Positions 48,400-56,832 of a stretch of 64,000 nt of DNA are shown here, one piece after another. Each line of letters begins with the position of its first letter. The stretch's first letter is position 1. This DNA is from an uncultured delta proteobacterium (GTDB lineage: Bacteria; Myxococcota_A; Polyangia; Fen-1088). Where the stretch lies: contig CAWCMR010000013.1 in the NCBI GenBank assembly GCA_963796685.1, forward strand, positions 544,001-608,000, given 5' to 3'. Under the pieces are notes generated by a model. It had not been told where the DNA came from. It searched no databases and worked only from the letters and a program-made list of their open reading frames with translations. The position numbers were made by a program, and so were the translations under genes.

Positions 48400-49323
48400 T
48401 CAGCCGCGGACGCAGTTGCGACCGGCAGACTTCGCTTCGTAGAGCCGCTCGTCGGCGCGCCTGATGAGGGCAGCCGCGGTGGGCTCTTCCAGATCAAGGG
48501 TCGCCACGCCCATCGAAATGGTCACCGGAATCTTGGTTGCTTCGAAACGGAACTCGGTGCTTTCGACGATGCGGCGAACCTTTTCCGCGAACTGGTGCGC
48601 GTTGTGGCCGTCGATTTCGGGCAAGATGATGGCGAACTCCTCGCCCCCGTAACGCGCGAAGATGTCCTCGGTGCGAATCTTGGCCTTCACGGTGAGCGCG
48701 AGGGTCTTAAGCACGGCGTCACCGGCGAGATGGCCATGGGTGTCGTTGACGTCCTTGAAGTGATCGAGATCGAACATCACGAGGGACAGCTCGCGACGAT
48801 ACCGGCTTGCGCGCGCGATCTCGCGCGCAAGCGCCTCGGAGAAATAGCGTTTGTTGAAGACCTGCGTGAGGCCGTCGACAGTGGTCAGGCGGTAAATTTC
48901 TTCGTGGTAGGCGCGTTCGATGTTCCCGCCCGACAGGAACTTGAAGATGGTGCGGCCGATCTTGATGAAATCACCGTCGACCAGGGTGCGTTCCTCGACC
49001 AGCTCGTCGTTGACGTAGGTTCCATTGGTCGATCCCAGATCGCGAATGCGCACCGAGCGGCCGGCGTTGACGATTTTGGAATGGGCGCGCGAGACCGACT
49101 CTTGATCGATCTGGATATCGCACTTGTTCGAACGACCGAGAGTCATGGATGGACTCTCGAGGCCGTACTTGCGTCCCAGCTCCGGACCGTAGATGACGAC
49201 CAAGCACGCCTCCTTGGCGGGCGGGTGCTCGGTGATGCGATTGATGCTGGTGACCACCGTCTTGGACCGAATGCGATCCAGATCAGGCGTGGTGTCATCG
49301 CGTTTGGAAGGGGGTCGGGCCAA
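48400..49323 (-). CDS. FHA-GGDEF diguanylate cyclase
   Basis: FHA motifs ([16 protein letters not shown]); [16 protein letters not shown]; I-site RTED; RYGGEEF. Start uncertain (TTG 49323). Confidence 0.92.
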   Translation of the reverse strand: MARPPSKRDDTTPDLDRIRSKTVVTSINRITEHPPAKEACLVVIYGPELGRKYGLESPSMTLGRSNKCDIQIDQESVSRAHSKIVNAGRSVRIRDLGSTNGTYVNDELVEERTLVDGDFIKIGRTIFKFLSGGNIERAYHEEIYRLTTVDGLTQVFNKRYFSEALAREIARASRYRRELSLVMFDLDHFKDVNDTHGHLAGDAVLKTLALTVKAKIRTEDIFARYGGEEFAIILPEIDGHNAHQFAEKVRRIVESTEFRFEATKIPVTISMGVATLDLEEPTAAALIRRADERLYEAKSAGRNCVRG

Positions 49324-49412
49324 GGCTGCCAGTCCAGGGTAGGTCAGGAATGCTGCGCGGTAAAGAAGAAGGGTTATTTGACACACATACCTACATGTAT
49401 GACCTTGTAACC

Positions 49413-50750
49413 ATGGCACCCATTCGCAGCACTTCTGGGACCTCCTGCAAAGCTCTCGCGACGCTGCTGACCCTGGCAATGGGGGAAACGGGGACAAGCA
49501 AAGCGGCGGCCGAGGAGAGTCGCTCGGGTGGGGCCTGGGGTTCCCCTGTCAATGCTCCGGAGGAATACCCCAATCCTTCGCGACCCGTGGTGGTGCTGGA
49601 TACGAAAACCCTGCATGGCTCGCATTTTGTCGCCGATCTGGAAGGCGGCGGACTGGCGCAGCTGACACTGCATCCGGCGCTGCAGGAGTCCATCGAAGAA
49701 GCACTGGCCTCGCACCACCTTCCCTTTGCCGCGGCGGCCGTGATTTCCATCCCGGACGGCAGAGTGCTGGCCCTCGCCGGCTATTCCAAGGCCGATCCGT
49801 CCCTCGATGCCGCCGCCCTGGCCTTGCGGCCGTGGGCACCGGCCGCGTCGGTATTCAAGGTCGTGTCCGCCTCGGCGCTGCTGCAAGAGGGACACGTCGA
49901 TCCTGAATCGCGCGTTTGCTACCACGCCGGGGTCTCCTCCGTGCTGCGCGACAACCTCGTCGACATGCCGGCCATCGACCATAGCTGCGCCAGCCTGGGC
50001 TACGGCATCGGCAAGTCCCAGAACGCCATCATCGCCAAGCTGGCCGCGCGCAATCTGCGCCCGGAACAATTGGAGCGCATGGCGGCGGCATTCGGGTTCG
50101 GCCAAGACATCAGTTTCGATGTCCCCATGGAGCCGTCCGAGGTCGAGATCCCGCGCGAGCCCCTCGAATTCGCCCGCGCGGCTGCCGGCTTTTGGCACAG
50201 CTCGCTTTCGCCGCTCCACGGAGCACTGCTCGCCGCCACCATCGCCAACAACGGCGAGATGCCGGCGCCCCGCCTCATCGAGAAGGCCGTCGATGCACAG
50301 GGCGTCCCGGTGGCGCTGACCAAGGCAGCCTCCCACCGCGTGCTCGACCGAGCGGTTGCCGCGCAGGTTGGCCGGATGATGCGGCTCACGACCAGTATGG
50401 GAACCGCGCGACACAGCTTCCGCGACCGCAAAGGCCGCCCCACCCTGCCCATCGAGGTTGCGGGCAAGACCGGCACGCTCTTCTACCGCGGGCGCGCCCA
50501 CGATCCCATCCTGCCCGGCTCCGCCACCACACTCGAGGCCGGAGGGCTCGGCTACAGCTGGTTCATCGGCTTCGCGCCGGTCGACCATCCCAAGATCGCC
50601 TTTGCCGTGCTGCTGGGCAATCCGGTTGCCTCCCAGCTCAGGGCACATTCCGTGGCCCGCAATCTGGTCGCCGACTACCTGGCCGCGGAAGGTGCGAGCT
50701 CGAGTCCGGGGAGCGCGGGCAAGCACGGTCACCTTCTCGCCCACCGCTAG
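49413..50750 (+). CDS. Penicillin-binding transpeptidase-domain protein
   Basis: SVFK (SxxK), SQN (SxN), AGKTGT and WFIGFAP...PKIAFAV. Confidence 0.88.
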   Translation: MAPIRSTSGTSCKALATLLTLAMGETGTSKAAAEESRSGGAWGSPVNAPEEYPNPSRPVVVLDTKTLHGSHFVADLEGGGLAQLTLHPALQESIEEALASHHLPFAAAAVISIPDGRVLALAGYSKADPSLDAAALALRPWAPAASVFKVVSASALLQEGHVDPESRVCYHAGVSSVLRDNLVDMPAIDHSCASLGYGIGKSQNAIIAKLAARNLRPEQLERMAAAFGFGQDISFDVPMEPSEVEIPREPLEFARAAAGFWHSSLSPLHGALLAATIANNGEMPAPRLIEKAVDAQGVPVALTKAASHRVLDRAVAAQVGRMMRLTTSMGTARHSFRDRKGRPTLPIEVAGKTGTLFYRGRAHDPILPGSATTLEAGGLGYSWFIGFAPVDHPKIAFAVLLGNPVASQLRAHSVARNLVADYLAAEGASSSPGSAGKHGHLLAHR

Positions 50751-50812
50751 TTGTGTCGCTTTCGCATCCAGACTGATACAATGCTTCACCCGAGTCGTGG
50801 GTGAAGGATCCC

Positions 50813-52282
50813 ATGTCGCTGCTGTTCGAGTGGCTGGAACATACCGTACAAAGCCGAACCGCCGCTGGCGGCTCGGGGCACGCGATCATCTACCATGACA
50901 CCTACCTCTCCTGGCGCGGGCTCCTCCATCGCGTCGAGCGGCGGGCGCGCGAAATCTCGGCGATGGGCATCCAAGCGCGGGATTGGGTGGGCCTCATGCT
51001 CGGCAACGATCCCGAGCTCGTCGTGCTGGCGCTGGCCCTATCCAAGCTTGACGCCGTGGTCGTGCCCATCGACCCGACGACGGGCGGGCGCGACCTGGAC
51101 ATGATCCTCGATGCGACCCCGCTGCGGGCCATCGTCACCCGACCGAACGCCATCGATCCCTTGGCCGCTCCCTCGGGGACCCTGCGCCTGGGCAGCTTGC
51201 CCCATGCGCCTCGCTTGGCCGCGGAGAGCCGCCATCGCATTTCGGGCACCTTGCTGACCTGCGCGTTTTACCCCTGGACCCGGCCTCGGCTCGATGCCGC
51301 CGAAGCGCCGGAGGTGGTGCTCTTCACCCTGGACGCCGGCGGGGATCCCAAAGCCGTCGTGCGGGGCAAAACCCAGCTTCACGGCATCGCCAGCAGCCTC
51401 GGCGCTGCCTTCTCGCTGTCGCCCGAGACCAGAGTCCTCGGGGCGGCGCCGCTCTTCGACTGCCAAGGTTTCGATTTCGGACTGCTGGCCGCGCTTCCTC
51501 ACGGCGCGACCCTGTACCTAGACGACGGAGCCGCCGGACCGCGCTTGGCCAAGACCCTCAGCGACCAGGCCATCAATCTCTACGCGGCCACTCCGCGCGA
51601 CTTCGCCCTGCTCGCCCGGGTGGCCAACGCCAAGCCCCTGCACGAACGCGCCACCCGCCTGGTCTGCTCCGGTGTCCCCCTGCCCCTTTCCGTGGCACGG
51701 GCCTGCCACGAACGCTATGACGTGCCCGTTCTTTCTTGCTACCACGGCTGCGAAACCGGTCCCGCGGCCGTCGATGTGGACGGAAAGGCACCCGAGAGCG
51801 TGGGCACACCCCTACCCGGCGTCGAGATCCGCATCGCGAGCAGCGACGGCGCGGCGCTGGCGGCGGGAACGATTGGCCCCATCTGGGTGCGTGGCGCGGG
51901 CGTGGCCACGATCTTCCTGCCGACCCTGCCAGTGCGTGGCAACAGAATCGCGGTCGGACGCGGCCTGCTGGGGGGGTGGTTGCGCACCGGCGACGTGGGC
52001 CATTTCGACCGAGCGAATCGCCTGTGCCTCAGCCATCGCGAGGACGACATCGTCAAGGTCGACCGCAAGTCGGTGGCGCTGGGTGAGATCGAAAGCTGCC
52101 TGGAAAGCCTGGTACACGTGAAAGCGGCCCAAGCCCACGTCGAATACGACGACACCGGCTCGACGCACATTGTGGTGCGCATCACGCCGGGGGGGCGTTG
52201 CAAGACCGCGGCGATGCTCGACCACTGCGCGAAGCGGCTGGCACCGCACAAGGTTCCGCGACGAATCGTGATCGTCGACTAG
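50813..52282 (+). CDS. Class I adenylate-forming (AMP-binding) enzyme-like protein with degenerate motifs
   Basis: Fold motifs SVG.PLPGVEIRI, WLRTGD.G, EIE..L and L..HKVPR. The P-loop reads FTLDAGGDPKAV. Confidence 0.8.
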   Translation: MSLLFEWLEHTVQSRTAAGGSGHAIIYHDTYLSWRGLLHRVERRAREISAMGIQARDWVGLMLGNDPELVVLALALSKLDAVVVPIDPTTGGRDLDMILDATPLRAIVTRPNAIDPLAAPSGTLRLGSLPHAPRLAAESRHRISGTLLTCAFYPWTRPRLDAAEAPEVVLFTLDAGGDPKAVVRGKTQLHGIASSLGAAFSLSPETRVLGAAPLFDCQGFDFGLLAALPHGATLYLDDGAAGPRLAKTLSDQAINLYAATPRDFALLARVANAKPLHERATRLVCSGVPLPLSVARACHERYDVPVLSCYHGCETGPAAVDVDGKAPESVGTPLPGVEIRIASSDGAALAAGTIGPIWVRGAGVATIFLPTLPVRGNRIAVGRGLLGGWLRTGDVGHFDRANRLCLSHREDDIVKVDRKSVALGEIESCLESLVHVKAAQAHVEYDDTGSTHIVVRITPGGRCKTAAMLDHCAKRLAPHKVPRRIVIVD

Positions 52283-52331
52283 CACTAGCCCCTGGCGCAA
52301 GCGCCAATTCGGGCTAACGTGCAGGGCGATC

Positions 52332-53129
52332 ATGCCACCCATCGTGGATTCGCACTGCCACCTCGATTTCGAGGATTTTCGCGAGGATCTTCCCTCCGTG
52401 CTCGAGCACGCCCGTGGCGCCGGCATCGTGGCCATGGTGTGCGTGGGCTCGGGCGGCGACCTGGCCACTGCCGAACGCGCCGCCGACCTCGCGACCAAGG
52501 AGCGCGACGTCTTCGCCGCCATCGGCATTCACCCCCACGACGCGGCCAAGATCCTGCACGGATTCTGGCCGGTCCTGGAAGAGCTGGCAAAGGCGGCGCG
52601 CGTGGTGGGGATCGGCGAGACCGGCCTCGACTACTTCTACGACCACTCGCCCAGGCAGGTTCAGCGCGAGGTGTTCACGCGCTTTCTCGTCCTGGCGGCG
52701 TCCGTCGACAAGCCGGTCATCTGTCACGTGCGCGACGCCCACGACGATGCCGCCGAGATTCTGCGCGCGGGTCCCATCCCCGCCGCGGGTGGCGTCCTGC
52801 ACTGTTTCTCGGGCAACGTCGAGCAGGCACGTAACTACCTCGACCTGGGGCTCTACCTCTCGTTTTCGGGCGTGATTACCTTCAAGAAGGCCGAGGACGT
52901 GCGCGCCGCCGCGGCTTTTGCCCCGGCCGACCGAATTCTGGTCGAAACCGACGCCCCGTATCTGGCGCCCGTTCCCCATCGCGGTCGCCGCAACGAACCG
53001 GCCTTCGTGGTGCAGACCCTCGAGGCGCTGGCCCGCATCCGCGGCATCTCGCCATCCCTCGCCGCCGAAGCAACCACCGCCAACGCCTTTCGGCTGTTCA
53101 ATCTGAATCTTGGCCAGCCTGCGGGTTGA
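52332..53129 (+). CDS. tatD: TatD family hydrolase
   Basis: Motifs VDSHCHLD, GIHPH, IGETGLD, VLHCFSG and VETDAPYL.P.P.RG..NEP. Confidence 0.93.
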   Translation: MPPIVDSHCHLDFEDFREDLPSVLEHARGAGIVAMVCVGSGGDLATAERAADLATKERDVFAAIGIHPHDAAKILHGFWPVLEELAKAARVVGIGETGLDYFYDHSPRQVQREVFTRFLVLAASVDKPVICHVRDAHDDAAEILRAGPIPAAGGVLHCFSGNVEQARNYLDLGLYLSFSGVITFKKAEDVRAAAAFAPADRILVETDAPYLAPVPHRGRRNEPAFVVQTLEALARIRGISPSLAAEATTANAFRLFNLNLGQPAG

Positions 53130-53752
53130 CCCTCGCCCCCAGGCATTCGATACTTGCACTCGTGTCGACCCAAGAAGTTCCCATCGTTCGTATCCAACTT
53201 CGCTATCCCGACGAGGGCGTCTTCATCCAGAGGTTCGCGCCCAACGTGACCCGAGGAGGAATTTTTCTCGCCAGTCGCGCCCCCCATCCGGTGGGCACGG
53301 TCATCGCATTCGAAGTCGCCCTTACACAAGGGCCAGCGCTGCTGCACGGCACCGGCAGGGTGACGTGGGTTCGCGAGTACGATCCGCAAGAGCCCCAGCG
53401 CGCCCACGGAATGGGCGTGCAGTTCCTGCAAGTGGCCCCCGCGTGCAAGCCCCTGCTCGATCGACTCCTCGACTACAAGGCCCTTCCGCCGCACTTCACG
53501 CCCATCAGCGGCGTCCCCATCACGGCCACGAGCCCCGCGTCTGAACGCCCCACGCAGGCTTTTCCGTCGCTGGAGGGAGATCCGAGCACCTGGATCGACG
53601 ACGAGGGCGTGCGCATGGCCACGGACCGGGCCCGCTTGCTTGCCAGCCGAATCGAAGACGTGGAGGCCCTGCGCACGCGCGAGCGGGATGAATCCGGGAA
53701 CCTCGAAGAGGCCCTGGCCGGCCTGCCTCGCCTGCTCGGTCCCCGGCGTTGA
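53126..53752 (+). CDS. TIGR02266 family PilZ-like protein
   Basis: F...F..NVTRGGIF, G.GRVTWVR and GMGVQF. Alternative GTG start at 53162. Confidence 0.78.
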   Translation: MTLAPRHSILALVSTQEVPIVRIQLRYPDEGVFIQRFAPNVTRGGIFLASRAPHPVGTVIAFEVALTQGPALLHGTGRVTWVREYDPQEPQRAHGMGVQFLQVAPACKPLLDRLLDYKALPPHFTPISGVPITATSPASERPTQAFPSLEGDPSTWIDDEGVRMATDRARLLASRIEDVEALRTRERDESGNLEEALAGLPRLLGPRR

Positions 53753-53808
53753 ACGAGGTGGCCAATCGGCAACGGCAAATCGGTTGTGGACAGATGCGCC
53801 AGCCCATC

Positions 53809-53836
53809 TTGTTAAACCGGAGATTGTCGGTATGAT
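53809..53836 (+). promoter_or_regulatory. Candidate sigma70 promoter for rex
   Basis: TTGTTA-N16-TATGAT, 36 bp upstream of the ATG. Confidence 0.4.
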
Positions 53837-53872
53837 TTAGCCGCCGCGCCAAGGCCACCCGCGGACACGACC

Positions 53873-54517
53873 ATGAAGAAGCGAAAGATTTCCACCCGCA
53901 GCGTCGAGCGACTGAGCATCTATCGCCGCGCCCTCTTGCAGGGGCGGCACGAGTTCGGGCCCAGCGTGTACTCGCACCAGCTCGCCCACGCCTGCCAGCT
54001 CACGGCCGCGCAAGTCCGCCGCGACCTCATGGCCATCGGCTACAGCGGCAATCCCAACAGCGGGTACGACGTCAAGCGCTTGCTCACGTCCTTGGCGGCT
54101 TTCCTGGATTCGCAAGAGGTCCGTGCGGTCGCCATCGTGGGCATGGGCTACCTGGGACGGGCCATCGCGGCTTTTCTCACCAACCGGTCGCACAAGATCC
54201 GCCTCGCCGCCGCGTTCGACGTGGATCTGGACAAGATCGGTCTCACTTTCAGCGATGTCCACTGCTACTCGGTCCGCCAAATGGCCGAGGTCCTGGCAGA
54301 GAAGCACATCGACATCGGCATCATCACGGTGCCCGCGGAGCAGGCGCAACACGCGGCCGAACAGCTGGTGGCGGCGGGGGTCACCGGCATCCTGAACTTC
54401 GCTCCCACCGTCCTGCGTTTGCACGAGCGCATCTACGTGGAGAACATCGACATGACGGTTTCCCTCGAGAAGGTCGCCTTCTTCGCCCGCGCCGGCGGTC
54501 GACCGAAGCGCAAGTAA
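53873..54517 (+). CDS. rex: Redox-sensing transcriptional repressor Rex
   Basis: Motifs RLSIYRR, QVRRDL..IG..G...GY.V, VGMGYLGRA, FDVD..KIG and GILNFAP. Confidence 0.93.
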   Translation: MKKRKISTRSVERLSIYRRALLQGRHEFGPSVYSHQLAHACQLTAAQVRRDLMAIGYSGNPNSGYDVKRLLTSLAAFLDSQEVRAVAIVGMGYLGRAIAAFLTNRSHKIRLAAAFDVDLDKIGLTFSDVHCYSVRQMAEVLAEKHIDIGIITVPAEQAQHAAEQLVAAGVTGILNFAPTVLRLHERIYVENIDMTVSLEKVAFFARAGGRPKRK

Positions 54518-54954
54518 GATTTCACCACAGAGAGCACAGAGAGCACAGAGAGCACAGAGAGCACAGAGAGGGAACAGAGGGGAGAAGGGTTCGGATTCTG
54601 AAGAGGTGTCCAGAAATCGAAGCGGACCGAGGCGAGGAGGAGGGGTGCCGTCCATCCGCGAGCTCGCGACAGTCAATGCCACGGAGGAGAAGAATCGCCC
54701 TCTCCCTGTGGTCCCTCTCCCGAAGTGCCCAAAGGGAGAGGGTGGTCTACCAAGGCCGCTACCGCTTAACGCCTATGGGGGCCGGGGTGAGGAACAGTTT
54801 CTCCTCCGTGGCACTGGCCATCGTCTCGCGAGCCGCGGGCCGTCACCCGTTCAATCCTGAGCCATGGATCCAATTCATGGACACGTCTTGGGCTCCGGAA
54901 ACCCTATTCTTCTTCTCCGACTCCGCGCTCTCTGCGTCTCTGTGGTGAAATCTT
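54516..54954. repeat. 439-bp CACAGAG-family inverted-repeat element filling the convergent rex/murJ gap
   Basis: Perfect 18-bp inverted repeat AAGATTTCACCACAGAGA (54516-54533) / TCTCTGTGGTGAAATCTT (54937-54954); five tandem CACAGAGAG (54526-54570); internal CCCTCTCCC...GGGAGAGGG hairpin. Confidence 0.88.
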
Positions 54955-54955
54955 T

Positions 54956-56575
54956 CTATGGCGTCGGACGAGGTCGCAGGCGGCGAAGCACCTTGTGTGG
55001 GAGCTCCCACAGCTCTTCGGCGCCGCGCAAGCGGAACAGTCGAAGAACGCCGACGTAGGTCATGAAGCCGATGGCGATGGTGGCCAGCAGCGAGACGCCG
55101 TGGACAAGGCGAAAGAGCCCCCTCGGCCAGGCGATGGGCACCACATCGAGCGCGCGCGTGATCTCGAACCACAGGCCCAGGACCACGCCGGCCAGCACGG
55201 CGTTGGCCAAGATCAGAAGCAGGATGTCGCGCAACCAGCCGGGCCTGTGCGGCTTGCCCAGAACGAGGCCGAACCACAAGCGTAGGATCCCGAGATTCAC
55301 CAATGCCGCCACGGTCGTGCCCAGGGCCAATCCGGGCGCCCCCAGCCGGCGGTAGGTCAGGCTATTGAAGAGAAGATTCGCGCCCACCGAGACCATCGAG
55401 GCGAACATGGGCACGCGGGGGCGGTCCACCGTGAAGAAGGCAGGCGCGAAGACCTTGACCAGGCTGTAGGGCAAGACGCCGAGCATATAGGCCTGCACGA
55501 TGGGCACCGTCGCTGCCGTGTCGACGGGCAGGAATTTCCCCCCCTGAAAGAGCAGCTGCACCACCGGCTTGGCCAGCACCACCAGCCCGACCGCCGACGG
55601 CAGCGCCAACAACCACACCCCGCGGGCACCGTCGGCCACGCGTTCGATCAAGGCGGCCTTGTCCCCGCGGGCCGCTTCGTGCGAGGCCCGCGCGGTGGTG
55701 ACGGTGGCGAGCGCGACACCGAACAACCCCACCGGCAAGTAGAACAAACGAAAGGCGTTCTGCAGGTAGGTGAGCGGCCCGCTGCCGAGAGTCGCCGCGT
55801 ACTGCGTGTTGACGAAGACGTTGATTTGAATGGCCGCCAAACCGACGGTCGCCGGCCCCATCAGACGCAGGATGCGCCGAACGTCCATATCGCGCAGGAC
55901 CCCGGCCAGGGCCGGACGAACGCGATAGCCGAGCCGATAGAGACTGGGCAGTTGCACCACAGACTGAACCAGGCCCGCCGTGGCGGTTCCGATGCTCCAC
56001 ACCACCATGCCTGTGCGGTCCGAGAAGTGAACCACCATGAGCATCACCCCACACCCGATGCTGGTAACGTTGAACATGGCCGGCGCATAGGCCGGCGCGA
56101 GGTAGCGCTGCTGGGCGTTGAGCATCCCCATCCACACTGCGCTGACACTCACCAAGGTGAGAATCGGCATCATGATGCGGGCGAGCAGACCGCCGGTGGC
56201 GACCTGGGCCGCGTTGCCCCCGAAGCCACGCGTGATGAGGGAAATGAGCTGCTCCGACCACAGCACGCCCGCCAGAGTGAGCGTGCCGGTCACGAGCAGA
56301 AGGCCGCCCAGAACCAGATTTCCCAGGCGGTAGGCGCGCTCTCGGCCGCCCTTGACCATGGCATCGCTGAAGGTCGGGACGAAGGCGCTCGACAGCGCGC
56401 CTTCGGCGAAGAGATCGCGCAAGAGATTCGGAATGCGAAACGCCGCGACATAGGCGTCGGTAAGCGCGCTGACTCCGAAGATGCGCGCGAAGAGCGAATC
56501 GCGCGCTACGCCAAGAATGCGCGAGGTGAGGATCGCCAGGCTCACGTTGGCGGAGGAACGAATGGTGTTGGCCAC
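54956..56575 (-). CDS. murJ: Lipid II flippase MurJ (MviN)
   Basis: Motifs SRILG.ARD, DAY..AFRIPNLLR.LFAEGALS.AFVP and RL..LP.G.FG; about 14 TM segments. Confidence 0.95.
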   Translation of the reverse strand: MANTIRSSANVSLAILTSRILGVARDSLFARIFGVSALTDAYVAAFRIPNLLRDLFAEGALSSAFVPTFSDAMVKGGRERAYRLGNLVLGGLLLVTGTLTLAGVLWSEQLISLITRGFGGNAAQVATGGLLARIMMPILTLVSVSAVWMGMLNAQQRYLAPAYAPAMFNVTSIGCGVMLMVVHFSDRTGMVVWSIGTATAGLVQSVVQLPSLYRLGYRVRPALAGVLRDMDVRRILRLMGPATVGLAAIQINVFVNTQYAATLGSGPLTYLQNAFRLFYLPVGLFGVALATVTTARASHEAARGDKAALIERVADGARGVWLLALPSAVGLVVLAKPVVQLLFQGGKFLPVDTAATVPIVQAYMLGVLPYSLVKVFAPAFFTVDRPRVPMFASMVSVGANLLFNSLTYRRLGAPGLALGTTVAALVNLGILRLWFGLVLGKPHRPGWLRDILLLILANAVLAGVVLGLWFEITRALDVVPIAWPRGLFRLVHGVSLLATIAIGFMTYVGVLRLFRLRGAEELWELPHKVLRRLRPRPTP

Positions 56576-56666
56576 TTGTCCCCGACGTTAACGGCCGCTC
56601 CCCCCTACGTCTATTTTTATGAAGGCCCCTCCGTGCCCTCGGTGCGTTCTTGCGCCCTCTCCGCCC

Positions 56667-56832
56667 CTAGGAGACTGGTGTTAAACGGCGGACCGAGTCC
56701 TGGCGGAGCGAGGAGCCCCGGCCGCGAGGCGCGAGGAGGGCGAATACTGGACGTATTCAACCGACGAGCAACGAAGCGGGCGGGGCCCGCAGCCCGCCAA
56801 GAGACGGGAGCCGTTTGACACCAGCCTCCTAG
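56667..56832. mobile_element. Non-autonomous MITE (158 bp) with 19-bp TIRs and CTAG flanking duplication
   Basis: CTAG-GAGACTGGTGTTAAACGGC ... GCCGTTTGACACCAGCCTC-CTAG; TIR identity 17/19; no transposase ORF. Confidence 0.8.
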
